A stretch of DNA of 64,000 nucleotides, from contig RDEW01000040.1 in the NCBI GenBank assembly GCA_011109175.1, positions 186,001 through 250,000 of the forward strand. The letters are read 5' to 3'. A program made the position numbers and the translations under genes. The notes beneath the pieces were generated by a model. It was not told the DNA's origin. It made no database searches and saw only the letters and a program-made list of their open reading frames with translations. Below, one piece after another: positions 10,125 through 22,671 of this stretch; the stretch's first letter is position 1, and each line of letters begins with the position of its first letter. Origin of the DNA: Dicyema japonicum (lineage: Eukaryota > Animalia > Dicyemida).

Positions 10125-13100
10125 CCCAAAAATAAATATTTTAACGAAACAACGAGTCACAAGTAATTAATTAATTAGCTAATCTCCTCTTCTTGGGGCC
10201 AACGTCAATTGTCAGTATAGGTGTGTTTTCGTTGTCGCACAACCCACATTCCGAGACTCCCCTAGGTCGACATTCCTTATCAGCTTCCTCCTCATCAGGT
10301 ATCGATACTCCATGTCTATCTTCAGCTTGCATGCTCTCCAACGTCTTTCTCAATACTAACGTTTGGATGTACGCTTTCACCCTTTCCTCCAGTTTGAGGG
10401 CATCCAGATGGCCCTTGAAGAATCTCGAAACAATCCCATCCCAGGTAATGACTACAGGGATTATTTTTACCTTTGCGCGATGAATACATCCGAGTTCGTT
10501 CGCCAGTAAGTCATACTTATGGAACTTTTCCACCTCGACTTGCTTGAGGCAGTTTTGGGACGTGATCCCAATTTCAACGAGAGTAATCGTATTACGCACC
10601 TTATCATGAACGAAAATATCGGGTTTGTTATTCTGTACAGCCGTATCTGTACTAATCGTTGTGTCTACACGAATCTCCACAAATTCATTTGAGACAACAG
10701 ATTGGACTGAGTGGGTCTTCAGTTTCTTAGTTTTTCTTATTCCATATTGACGGCAGAGGTGTAAGTGAATACATCTGACCACCTCGTTATGCCGCCTGAG
10801 ATACGAGCTATTCAGCATTCTCCCACATCTAGTTGCAAGGTGATCAACGGTCTTCTTTCCTGAGTTACAATGTTTGCACTTGGCTTCTCCATTATCAAAA
10901 AACATGTTACGATCCTGAAGCAGACACAGCCTTCCTTCGGTTACAGGAGAATGATTTCCATGAACTAACCACCCTGAGGATTCAGCAATATTCACTTCGG
11001 TATCTTTCAGACACTCAAATAGAATAGAGTGCAGCGATTTCTCTTCAATTTTTCCCAGTAGATATTCATGTTGTATTTCCATCAATTTCAACATTGTCAA
11101 ATCCTTCACATTTTCAATGTTGTACTTTCTTGAGATGAATTCTACGATAGTGGCCATGTGTATTTTCTTTGAATTAATGACCCGTAGAATTCCCGCTCTT
11201 CTTAGGCAGTAATTTGCCTTATGTTCCAAATCACTATAAAATTGGAGGAGCATTCTTTCTGCTTTGTTACTGACTGACTCGAGGCCTCTTCCAAATTTAT
11301 TTCTTGGTAGATAAAGTCTTTCTTTGTTTGCCGGTTGCAAGTGGATATGACTGTCCATAAGAATTCTGCGAATATTTTTATCAATCTGTTCAAACTCTCC
11401 AGGTTCGATATCAATCAATCCAATGTAATAGTTGTAAAGGGAGATTGCATACTCATTCATAGCTTTAAACAGGTTCACTGAGTTTAAATCCGTCTTCGTC
11501 AAATTTTTGATCCGCTTAGATACTTCTCCATAGATTTTATTCATAATTTCTCCTTTAAGAACATTGCTGTTCTTATCTTCAAGAACTCCCAAATATCGGT
11601 ATCCATCCAATCCATCAAGGAAACGAGCTTTCCCAGACAAGGACTTGACATTTGTTGCAGATTTGTCAAAGTTCCTCTCCAACCCGGCTGCATCAAAAAA
11701 CGAATCAACTTCTTCCATCATCATAACCATTGAATCACTTTTGTGAGAAAACAACTTTATATCGTCCATAAACAGAAGGTGATTAGTGGCATATGTTGGC
11801 TCTCCATTTCCCGGGCTTCCCATAGTTACTTTAGGAAATTTTCCATTCAATATTCGGCTAAGGGGGTCCATTAACAAAGCAAAGATCTGTGGCGAAAGAG
11901 AGTCCCCCTGTAGAATTCCTCTTCTTATTCTAATCTCCCCCAACACTTTTCCTTCCAAATTCAGTCGTATCTTCCATTTCCCAACAAGTTTCGTGATAAA
12001 ACTCACAATCCAGAAAGGCAGGCCAGAATTCTGGAGCACTTCGCCCAAAAACTCGTGGTCAACGGAATCAAATGCTTTTTTAACATCGATCCAGGTAGAA
12101 CATAAGTTACTTCCATTTCTTTGATTTAAATATTGGTTCACCAAAGCTTGTTCTTTGGCTCCTTGACACATCCTCCGAGTTCCCAATTGATTATCACTTA
12201 AGAGATCGTACGATTCAATATATTCAGATAATTTCTTGTTCACACACTTTGTCAATAGTTTATAGAGATTAGGCATACAAGTAATTGGTCTTAACTCCTT
12301 GGGTGAATTACATACGTCCACTTTTGGTATAAGATGTGTTATCCCCGTGTAGAACCAATCACCAGGCGTATATTCATCATTTATGATCTTCTGAATCTCC
12401 TCGCAAAGATGTTCATGAATCGAAGTAAAACTTTTGATAAAGAAGTTATAAACTCCGTCGCACCCAGACGCTTTCCAATTTGGAAGCATCTTGATAGTAT
12501 CGACGATCGCTTCCTTTGTAAAATCGGCATAAGAATTTTCAGATCCAGTCACTCTCTTGTTCAACAAGAATTTGCTCTCCTTTCGATCACTCTCATTCCA
12601 AATGGTTGTCCAAAAAGGTAGACATTCCCCTTCATCGAAATTCAGCACTCCCTTCTTATTATCTCCACTAATATTTCTGTAGAACCGCCTTCTATTCAAC
12701 TCGAAGCACCAATTGGCTCTTCTAAATCCCTTTCTTGATTCATAAATTCTCAATTTCTTCTCAATTATCTTGATTTGATCACGGACATAGGAAGCAATTC
12801 TCTCAAATTCTCCCCTCTTCGATTTCTTAAATCCATATGAACATAGAGTATTGCGCACTTCTTCATCAAATTGCTTCTTCCCGTTCATTTCACTAGCCAT
12901 TTGAATTTGCTCAAGTTGTTTCCTAAGTTTAGTGATTTTTCCTTTCATGGACTCTTCCCAATTACTTTTAGTGCTATTCCTCCTGGTAAGACTTTCATAG
13001 GTGCACTGCCCAGCATATATGATATCTGTGATATCATTGATATCCAAATTAGGCAAGGAATCTATATATTCCTTGATTGCCGCATTAATTCCATTCAAAA

Positions 13101-13658
13101 TATCCTTTTTTATCAATTGTCTGGGAATCTTCCTAGTAGGCATGCGAAGGTTCCTTCCCGTTGTGAATACTTTCCCAATTTGGCAACAAAACTCTTCAAA
13201 GCATTTTCTAAAATTCGAAATTTCTACCTTCTGTATTTCCCCAACTGGAAGACCACAGAGTGATTCACTCGAATTTGAAAAGAGCAAGCTCTTGAAATTG
13301 GTAACGGATTTCGATGTCCCGAATCTTTGGTTAAAAGCATTCGTAATCAGAGGCCAACCACCACGGGGCATTCTCTTAAATCTGGATTTTGTAGCTTCAA
13401 CTACTTCCACAGCCCATTGTCTCTTGTCCACAGTGTGAACTTTGTCGACTACGCATTGCAGTGAGAGAAGATGTTCTTTAAGATCAGTATTGACAACTTT
13501 TTGGGTCTTGGACAAGTCATCGACCACATTCTCTACGTTTCTTTTGTTTTTTCTTTTAGTAACTTTCGTAGATAGGTCGATTGAAACATCTTTTCTTCTT
13601 TTCTTACAAGAAACAGCCATGCCCACAACAACAAAAAATTATAACCTTCCTTTAATAT
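10125..13658 (-). mobile_element. Full-length R4/Dong-like REL non-LTR retrotransposon (3534 bp)
   Basis: Perfect 12-bp TSD CATCATAGTAAA at 10113-10124 and 13659-13670; single uninterrupted ORF. Confidence 0.96.
10171..13620 (-). CDS. Retrotransposon protein (1149 aa from the first ATG): RT + CCHC + restriction-like endonuclease
   Basis: RGILQGDSLSP, LLFMDDIKLF, YRYLG, CKHC..DHLATRC, KPDI..LVEIGIT..EK..KY. Confidence 0.97.
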   Translation of the reverse strand: MAVSCKKRRKDVSIDLSTKVTKRKNKRNVENVVDDLSKTQKVVNTDLKEHLLSLQCVVDKVHTVDKRQWAVEVVEATKSRFKRMPRGGWPLITNAFNQRFGTSKSVTNFKSLLFSNSSESLCGLPVGEIQKVEISNFRKCFEEFCCQIGKVFTTGRNLRMPTRKIPRQLIKKDILNGINAAIKEYIDSLPNLDINDITDIIYAGQCTYESLTRRNSTKSNWEESMKGKITKLRKQLEQIQMASEMNGKKQFDEEVRNTLCSYGFKKSKRGEFERIASYVRDQIKIIEKKLRIYESRKGFRRANWCFELNRRRFYRNISGDNKKGVLNFDEGECLPFWTTIWNESDRKESKFLLNKRVTGSENSYADFTKEAIVDTIKMLPNWKASGCDGVYNFFIKSFTSIHEHLCEEIQKIINDEYTPGDWFYTGITHLIPKVDVCNSPKELRPITCMPNLYKLLTKCVNKKLSEYIESYDLLSDNQLGTRRMCQGAKEQALVNQYLNQRNGSNLCSTWIDVKKAFDSVDHEFLGEVLQNSGLPFWIVSFITKLVGKWKIRLNLEGKVLGEIRIRRGILQGDSLSPQIFALLMDPLSRILNGKFPKVTMGSPGNGEPTYATNHLLFMDDIKLFSHKSDSMVMMMEEVDSFFDAAGLERNFDKSATNVKSLSGKARFLDGLDGYRYLGVLEDKNSNVLKGEIMNKIYGEVSKRIKNLTKTDLNSVNLFKAMNEYAISLYNYYIGLIDIEPGEFEQIDKNIRRILMDSHIHLQPANKERLYLPRNKFGRGLESVSNKAERMLLQFYSDLEHKANYCLRRAGILRVINSKKIHMATIVEFISRKYNIENVKDLTMLKLMEIQHEYLLGKIEEKSLHSILFECLKDTEVNIAESSGWLVHGNHSPVTEGRLCLLQDRNMFFDNGEAKCKHCNSGKKTVDHLATRCGRMLNSSYLRRHNEVVRCIHLHLCRQYGIRKTKKLKTHSVQSVVSNEFVEIRVDTTISTDTAVQNNKPDIFVHDKVRNTITLVEIGITSQNCLKQVEVEKFHKYDLLANELGCIHRAKVKIIPVVITWDGIVSRFFKGHLDALKLEERVKAYIQTLVLRKTLESMQAEDRHGVSIPDEEEADKECRPRGVSECGLCDNENTPILTIDVGPKKRRLAN

Positions 13659-13808
13659 CATCATAGTAAATAAGAAACATTTTATAATATCGATTAATTA
13701 GTTACATTTTATAATATTGATTTATTATGTATTAGCATTTATAACTCATTAATAAATAAATGAATTAAAAATAATATTTTTGAATTATTCAGATTAAATC
13801 AGAGGTTT

Positions 13809-14448
13809 AAAAAAGTTGGTTCACTACTTGGAGACTCAGAAGATGTTACCCACAGAAAAATCCTTTCCACTGCTGCATATAAAAAATTCTTAACTATCTG
13901 GCGTTCTAAGAAGAGCATAACTACGAATACAAAGCTAAAATTGTATAAAACATTCGTGGTTCCAGTCCTGACATACAACTGTGGGACATGGGGGACTACG
14001 AAACGGGAAATGGACAATCTGGATCAATTCATAGAAATCAACTAAGAAACATCTTGAGAATACATTTCCCGAAAAAGATATAAAATTCAGAACTGTACAA
14101 AAGATGTGGCTTAAGGCCATTATCAGAAGAGATTCTCACGGCTAGGTGGAGACTTTTTGGTCACATCTTAAATGGATATGTTGACTCGACCAAACATTGC
14201 AATGGAGAACTATTTCGCACAACTGAAGGGATCATTCCGTGGCAGGCCTAGAGTGACGTTGCCTTCAGTACTAAATGATGACCTAATCCGAATAAACAAA
14301 ACTACGAAATGGTGAAGATCTTGACTCACTACGAGCAATGCTTCGGAACAGGGGAACATGGAAGAGGATGTGTGGGAGGATACTGGACGTGGCACAAGGG
14401 GAACTTAATTAATCTAATTAATTTTTGATTTCCCGAAAGTGCTTAAAA
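13809..14448 (+). mobile_element. 5'-truncated RTE-clade LINE
   Basis: KLKLYKTFVVPVLTYNCGTWG, RWRLFGHIL, GRPRVTLPSVL; 13-bp TSD AAATCAGAGGTTT at 13796-13808 and 14449-14461. Confidence 0.9.
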
Positions 14449-14559
14449 AAATCAGAGGTTTTTAGAAAATAATTCTCGCGGCACACTAATCGTAAAATAT
14501 TAGTCAACGACACACATTAAAAAATAAAAAAATTAAATTTTTATCGGATACGTAACAAT

Positions 14560-15130
14560 GAGGACAAAATTTGTAAGTTTATGGGCAAATTTTTATTAAT
14601 TTTCCAAAATAGACATCGTATATTTTCCAAACAATTGTGTAATTCCTGAAATTCATCGAGTTACAATGAAAAACGAGTTTCTTCAATAGAAAATGAGACA
14701 TTGTTTTCAACACTCTCCGACAAAAAACAAATTCGACGAGAAACAGTGTTATCTGACAAGGGTATCTTCATAGTGATTATCGAGTTTTTTCCAATGGTAT
14801 GAGGTTTCAGTTCTTTTGCTATTTATTCAGAAAACAGATATAAACATTTCAATGATTCAGTTGAGCTCACAAAAGTATCACTAAACAACATTTGACTGGA
14901 TCAACATTACATAGTAAAAACTAAATAATAATTGTGTTGTTTTTTCAAATGCATAAAATAATCCACAGATTTTTTGGAATAGTTGGGATGCTTGGAAGTA
15001 AAATGTTTTTTGCTAGGAACCATAGCATCAATTTCTAAATCTTCCATGCAAATTAGGCACTAAAGTAGTTTCTTTTTATCATCGCATAGAAATCCAAATA
15101 AGAATCTTTATATGAACGACGAACTGATTT
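14560..15130 (-). mobile_element. hAT (Buster/Charlie-like) transposase N-terminal fragment
   Basis: CLIC..MVPSK..HF.SKHP..DYF, KPHTIG, IPLSDNTVSRRI, FSL.LDE across frameshifts. Confidence 0.75.
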
Positions 15131-15439
15131 ATCCATTTTAAATTTAAATTATAATCAAAAAATTTAGCATTATAGCGATAAAATGACCCTACTTATTACC
15201 CAAAAAGATGGAAAATTAGATATTTTTGTTACATCCGCTGTAACATAAGTCCTCCTTCATCTTGGGCTCTATTATCGTGATTTCATCCCCATATATAATT
15301 TATTACTTGAATATATAACTCAAGGATCTCATCTCTCTAAATTTCGCCATCCATTTCTCTACTGCTTATTGACATTATAAAGTTTAATCTTCTAAAGCTC
15401 GAGTTTTTCATTGAGGAATAAGGCCAACTTTAGGGATAT

Positions 15440-16260
15440 ATCCTATATTAGCCTCCGTCTGTTGACAGAGTAGAAGGACCTCGAAGCTCGTGCATCAAGT
15501 ATAATCCCTCGATCCTTGTGTCTGCAGATGATGTAGTCAATTTGGTTGTATGTGTTAATTACTCGCCCTTCAGAATTTGTTCTATATCCCCACCACGTTG
15601 ATTTATGTCTGGCTGGGTGCATGAAGGCGGTATTGCATAAAAATAAGTTGTTCGTTTGACAAAAGTTAACTAGTAGGGTTCCTGGGAGATTTCTTTCTCC
15701 CCTGCCATGCTTTCCCATGAATGTCTCATCGGTTGTAACTTGGGTGCCAGCTTTCGCATTTAGGTCTCCTATTTAGGCTGCGATCATTACTAATGTTGAG
15801 AGAGCATACTTGGAGAACACGGCAGAAAGACTAGTGTAAAAGTCATCAATCTCCTCAGGGTTTTTATTAAGCCATCCACTGTGAGGGGCGTAAACGTTTA
15901 TTATAGTTAGGTATTTCTTCGACGGGTTGAGGTCATCCAGTTTCAATTGCAACACCCCGATTCTATCATTCACGCTGTAATAGCGGCAGACTCTTTTTGA
16001 TAGATCATTCCTAACGGCAAATCCTAGCCCATAGTGCTTGTTTCCACCTGGAATGAAGATTAGTCGAAAGTTCCCATGTTGTTCTTCGATCCCGTTGATT
16101 AGTTTAGTCTCCTGAAGGCAGGCGATTGAAATCTTGTACTTTGAAAGATTTTTCCGTTTTCAAACGCTAGAGAGTCCCCTGACGTTAAACGTGAAAAGGG
16201 AGAAGTCCAATGGCTTGATGCTGTGTTTTCCAGACACTGAGTTCAAGATCCACGTCACCA
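15440..16260 (-). mobile_element. RTE-clade LINE AP-endonuclease region
   Basis: TFNVRG, ACLQET, INVYAP, DLNAK, NQIDYI motifs. Confidence 0.9.
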
Positions 16261-16959
16261 GCTCAACCAAAAAATGGGATACGCTCACTTAGTTGGACTA
16301 CTCCACACAGTCCACTGCCGAATTTATCACGTAATATAATCTCTCCTTATTGGCTGCCAGCATCGAGGTTTCAACTGGAACAAGCAAATTGTTTCGAATA
16401 AGTCCACTAAGGGTTACGTCATTTTTTTGCTTTAAAATTTCTCTTTTTAAGGAAGCGGATCAGAGGCAAGTTAGGTTTGAAAGAGAAAAACCATCGACGC
16501 AAGATTCAACCATCCAGGCCTCCCGCTATAAATTCGTTCATGCTTTGAACAGTTTTTGGAGAAGAGATAAGGTGAAATCCTTTTACGTAAACCTTGAATC
16601 ATTCGCACATGCACCGGTGGCTCATGTAAGCTTTGCAGAGAAAAACTCCTATTCGCGTTAATCTTTGTTAGGCATAATCATGGTCCAGACAACGAATAAA
16701 AGTAGTTCTCAGCCGTCCACAAAAGCCCATAAATAAGTAAAAATATTCAAAAGACCAAAAGTAAATCAAACTAACTAATTCCTTGATCCTGACCTGCTCT
16801 AGCAGAACCCTCACACAATCACAGCGACCCAGATGAAGTTGTCCAGGGAGCTGAGGTCGATTCCAGAACTCCTTTTGAATTCCGGCCAGGCATTGGATGT
16901 CTTCTGAGTAAAGTGAATTTAATGACGCTATCAGAGAGAAAGAAGAAAAAATTTTCAAC

Positions 16960-18100
16960 TAATTAGTTACACAGTACCACAATGGTGCCACGCAGCTTGC
17001 ACGTTAGGATGGTACTCCCCAAGGCCCCATTTTATTCAACAACCCAGGACCACGGTAAAACCAAACTAATTATCACATGATCACGATGAATTCTAACATC
17101 GACTTTATCTTTGCACGATGTTCTTCCCTCGTGCCTGCGCATAAACGTACAGGCCAGCTGACTGATTTTTCAGGGCCACCTACCCGTGATCTGGAGTCTA
17201 GTCTCATAAGGGCCTCCAGAGGCGTAGGTCCGATTTGGTGCAACGCTCCGTTACTCTGTAAGCTATCTTTTGCAATTTCCTCAATATTCCTCATATTTGT
17301 CCAAGATATGGACGGTCTTCACGAGGCGCATGCATATGAGAAACATAGCTCGATTTACTGGTTGTACAAGTTCATCAAGACCAGGTGAGTACCACTCTTC
17401 CATAATCCCGACAAATTTTCAATACGTTCAGTTTCTTCTCGCATTTCAATAGAATGATATCTACGTGTGGTGTCAAACAGAGATGCATATCAATTGTCAC
17501 GCACAAGATCCTTTGACATCTGTTGAAAGGGATGCCGACCTTGTTTAATTTCAAGGTTGTTTGTCGACCTTGTTTGTCAAAGGTAGAAGTGACGTAGACG
17601 ACTACTCTGCATTTACTATGAGCCGGTTTTCCATTATCCAGGCATTAAGTCTAGGTTAATTTGCATTCTTTCTGTGGCCTTCTGGATGTCCTGATCTAGC
17701 GAAGCCAACACAATATCATCCGCATAGGAGAGTAGAACATCATTATCAGGTTCAAGAGTCGGGAGATCGGCTAGAAAGAGGTTAAACAGAGTAGGGGATA
17801 AATGAGATCCTCGAGGGACTCCGTTGAGGAGGAGAATTGAGATTGATTTCAGAACTCCGAGGCAAACACGTCCCCTTCGTCCACTTAAGAAGTTGGTGAT
17901 ATAGCTTGAGCTTCCCTAGGATCTCCGATTGAAATATTTTTCTCGAATCTTCCTCGAGACTGAGTCAAAAGCTTTGTGTATTTCGATCGAGCAGAGCACT
18001 GTTTTTAAATGTCTTGGCTATTTGCAAATCCGACTCGAATAAAGTCGGTCAATTTCCAAAGCCTCATGGCTTTGCAGGGTTGAGTCAATATGCATTTCAT
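16960..18100 (-). mobile_element. Ingi/I-group LINE RT and RNase H fragment, degenerate
   Basis: KAFDSV, GVPRGSHLSPTLFNLFLADLP, SYADDIV, followed by an RNase-H-like remnant. Confidence 0.8.
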
Positions 18101-19759
18101 TCCTTAATTAAAATATAAATTATAATTTATATTAATTAAGAATAATAATTTTAACAAAAATAAATGTGCGTTTGAATGAACTTTCTTGCTAATGTTGTGT
18201 ATAAATCATTAAACTCTTAGTTAACTGAGTTCTCCTCTATCGAATTTTCATTAGTAACCGGTAAAAACTACATAAATAACAGCATAGACGTTTCATCTCG
18301 ATTTAACGAATATGCAGAAAAGAATTTATCTCACCCATATGCAGCAGTTAAAGTCTTGGTGGACATTATGGCCACTTCAGACTGTATTTCTTTCAATATA
18401 TCTCAGCCGCGAGTTTGAAAGGACTTAGTGAAGAACTTGTCTCAGCTTACAAAACTATGAGTGGACTTTCAGAGCATTCGTTTTCCGTGCATTCAGCCTG
18501 TGACATGTGTACCCGATTTATTTGTCGTTCTCCCTCCATTTACAATCCAGTATTTTGAATGTCTCACTTTTAGGATTATTTTCAATTTAGAAAAGATCTG
18601 TTCTTGCGTTCTCACAGCTTCTTAGACATGGTTGAGAACTCGGCTGAGCGATCTTCTCTCACAATGTCTTTAGAGTTGGCAAAATCTCAGGTTTTTTTTA
18701 ATTTTAGAATTTAGTCTGTTTTTGTCGTTGGGAGTAGAAAAATTGTCGGAAAAGCTGTCATCAATTCTGTCATTTCTAGCAGGAATTTGAAAAGTATTCA
18801 TTTTAGCCACCAAGAACAGTAATCTTTGTTTTAAATAATTAGGTCTTCATTTGTGAAGAATAAACTGGGTGATTGTATGCCCGAACACTTTGTTGTTGAC
18901 ATTAACGAATTTTGGTATTTAAAGTTGATTATTTGAGTAATCGTGTTGGAGGATACGACTCGTTGATATTAGGTGCTGAGACTGTCTTCTCCTCTGGTGA
19001 GTATCTGGCTGAGGTTTTTTGTGAGTCATTTTAGAGCGGAGTCCTTCCTTTCTTGATTATTGCAAAGTCTTTTGGAATTTGTATTTATGTGATGGTGGAA
19101 TTTTATAAATTCAATTCCGGAGTATTGATTGGTGATAAATGCTTATATAATGTTTTTTATATTATTATTTGTAGTTGACAACCATTAAAAGTGACCTTTC
19201 TGGTTTTGATGTTGTTGAAAGTCAATATGTTAACAAATATATGACAGACATTGGAGAGATCTATCCTGATTCCATTAAATATGTTATTGACAATATGTTT
19301 ATATAAAAAGGATTAAACTTACAAACTAATTTGTTAACTTACAACAATGATAGAAATGTGATCTCTCAATACATCATCCTTTATTCTATCCGATAGTAGG
19401 TCATAGCATCCAGACAACACTGGAAAATTAGTCGTATTGTCTATTGTTCGTGATAGTTATGGTAAAAATCAAATTTATTAAGTTATTAGGAAATTTTTTG
19501 GGATTTACTCAATTCATATTTGTTATGCTTTATTGATTTACATATCCACATTGAAATCCTGTCAACGATAAATTATTCTGTTTTTAAATTTGATGGATTG
19601 CTTAATAACCTTCAAGCAAACTTTCCCATTTATTATGAATACATTTGGGAGATTGCAACCATTTTTTGCTTTTTGACTTGTTTTGATAGTGTTACCTTTA
19701 TTCATCTCGATACCTTCAAGTGAAAGAAACCGGTGGTTAATGAAAACGTTACAGTCAAG

Positions 19760-22300
19760 AGCGGACGCTCCCAGAGATCCGACAGGTATATTTGGTTATG
19801 AAGAGAACCCGAAAAGTGAAAAATTTCCCGTTTTGGTAGTCAAGAAACCGCCATAGTGGAGAGGAAGATTGGCCAATCATGTACAGATATGAATGTAAAT
19901 TAAGTGACGACCACAACGTAGGCGCGCCAATTAGACTGAACTTCCTGCGCTTCGCTTTCGGCAACAATAAGTGTAATACACTCAAGAAGCTTGTTTATAC
20001 CAAGGCTTCTGGTGACTTTAGTGATATCCAATCGTGGATTGTTTTCTGTCGTGACTGAGAGCACATGACTCTGGGATGGTTTGTAGAATCATAATTTGAT
20101 CACCAAGAATAGAAATAATTCTCCTTTTGTTTGTGGAGATCAGTGAGATGAATGTGTCAGCGCACTACACTTGTCAAGGAATTGAAGACTAGCATCTTGA
20201 AATGATCCCTGATTTGGATAATTTTTGATTCCTAACGTAGGTGATGAGTTGGTGCGGTTTTTAGATAGTCAATATCATTCTTAGAGCAGAGTTTTAGTCG
20301 TTTGTATTTTTCGATGTTTGCTATTGATTCCAGGGACCTCAGGCAGGAACAGCACAGTTCATCGTTGTTCTAATAAATTGTCTGTAGTGGTCAAGCTCTC
20401 ATTGCTCTGGCCAAATGATGTACTCGGCATAGCATAGAGTACGTTGAGCTTCTGAGATTTTTCGCATACACATTAGAGATGTTTTGAAAATGACAAGGAA
20501 GTATCACATGTAAACATAGTATTTTAAAATTTTTAACCACAGAAAGGAGAGAGTTGTTCATAAATAACGTTGGTTCAAAGTTGAATTGACGACGGTGTGT
20601 GGTGAAAAGTGTTATTGATGACTTTTTGTAAGAAGAGATGAGGAGATTTTATCTATTCAGGAGAAATTTTGTAAATATGTTCTTGCAAGACCATAGAAGC
20701 AACGGTTACGTCGCAATGGTGAGAGGCAATTATGATATCATCAGTATAAGAAGCGCGTCCTGGTTTGTTAATAAGCTTTTTAGATGAAGGTTAAATAAGG
20801 CTGGAAATAGAATCGAACCCTGAGCAACTCCGTTTGAAGGTATCTATAATGAAAGTAGGTTGACATAATAAAAGAACGACCAAGGCGACCAGAAAGGAAA
20901 GAAAGCAACCATAATTTCAAACGAGAGGGGATGTTTATAGATAGGATTTTACTGCTCAGAACATGTCTGATGTCCTATCAAAATCTTTGCTGATATTAAT
21001 AGACGCAACAATTGTTGGGAGGTTTATTATTGAATTCATCGGCAATAAATTGAGTCAGTTTAGAAAGATGAGCTTTATTAGAATGATAAGAACGAATGTC
21101 ACGTTGGGATTCGGAAAATGATCAAAATAGTAGAACTATTTCATCAATCTTCGGGACAACAGACAAAAGGTAAAAAGCATCAGAAGGTCCGCGATTAAGT
21201 TTCAAAATATGAATGATTGTGGATTTCTTCCCGAGCATAGATATCCGTGATTAATTGAGTGTTCGATTAAATTGATTAAAGCATAAATTTTATTCGGTCC
21301 TAATTTTTTGGATGATGTATAGCAAGATCGTAGGCCCTTTTGCATTCGAGTTGAGTGATTAGAGACTCGGGAATAACAAAAAGTTCTGTTAACTTAAGAG
21401 CATAAGGTCTTTTACAAGAGAATCCTTTTGGTGTAAGAAGGTGGCTTATCTTCTCATAATGACCCATTACTAAGTTGGCTTAGTCACGGAAGGATAAGAC
21501 CCATTTTTTTTCTTGAGAGACCGCTTGATTGTGACTGAGGAAACGTCTGTCTAGAATTTATCTTCTGGGGTTCTCCAAAAGATACGGGATCCAGTATAAG
21601 AAGTTAGAGTTCTAATTTATTTTAGTTTAGAGTAGAAATAAAGTCACTTCATCCATTATTCTTGTATTTTAAGATCTGGTCGTCAATACTTTATTGATTT
21701 CAGAGAGATATTCTACCCTCATTCAGTGATCATCCTGCGTTATTTGAAAAGATTAATAATTTCACGGGGGAGTGAAGATTAGGGATGAAACTAATAAATT
21801 TTCTGTCGACAGAAATTAGACAGTTCTTCAAGAACTAGACAGCAGCACCAAAAGAGTGGAAAGAATCACAAGATAAGTCTTTGAGTACGCGTTTGGTCCC
21901 GTTTTTGTAAGAATTATATACGTCTTCGTGATCCTCCTCTTTGTATTTGGATGGTTAAAGGTAATTAAAATTAGATCATCAAGTACATCCCATTTAGCGA
22001 AGAGAGCGATACCTTGACAACAGAGGAGATATCGGGGGATGTATTAGAATGATCTGAACGTAGAGCACAACGAGGCGCAGTCGGAAAGTAATACGGAATA
22101 TTTCTTGAAGTGAGGAGTCTTGGATTTCGGTGTAAGTTTAGTTTCTTGGATAAGGGAAATATCCACACAATAATTGTGCAAGAGGTTACGTAAATCAATA
22201 CATTTTTTTGAAAGATCGTTTATGTTCAATTGGAGTATCTTCAACTTTCGTGAAATGACATGGGTCCAGAGTTAAGTTTTATGCAACAGCTGTGCAAAAG
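19760..22300 (-). mobile_element. Decayed near-complete Ingi-like LINE (2A-like motif, APE, RT, RNase H remnants)
   Basis: ILQLNIN..DISLIQETKL, GVAQGSILFP.LFN, YTDDII; many stops and indels. Confidence 0.78.
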
Positions 22301-22671
22301 ATGTAAATCACAAGTTCAGTTGAGTGCTATTACGGATATTTTTATACGAGGCTTTCCCCAATATACTCGAAAACAGCGATTAAATAAATTTCTATGAAAA
22401 TAAGATTACTAAGCAACTCAAACAAAGCACAGAAATTGTCAAGAAGGAAATCGAGGTTTAATAATGTAACTAGAGATACTCAGTGCCAGGTTGAATAATG
22501 AAAGAATAGTGAATTTTGGAGAACTGAAGTGTGTTTGAGTTTGGCTCAAAGAGGAAATGAATTAACTAAGGACTCTTAATTTATTTTAGTTAATTTTGAA
22601 TATATAATTGGTTTTGTAAAATAATTTATTTATTGTTTAAAAATAATTTTCAAAATATAGCCAAGCAACAA

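Noticed and set aside
10193-13666. Plus-strand ORFs overlapping the retrotransposon
   Set aside because: Antisense shadows of a long ORF with no recognisable motifs
18230-19100. Additional host gene
   Set aside because: No recognisable motifs or consistent exon chain; left unassigned
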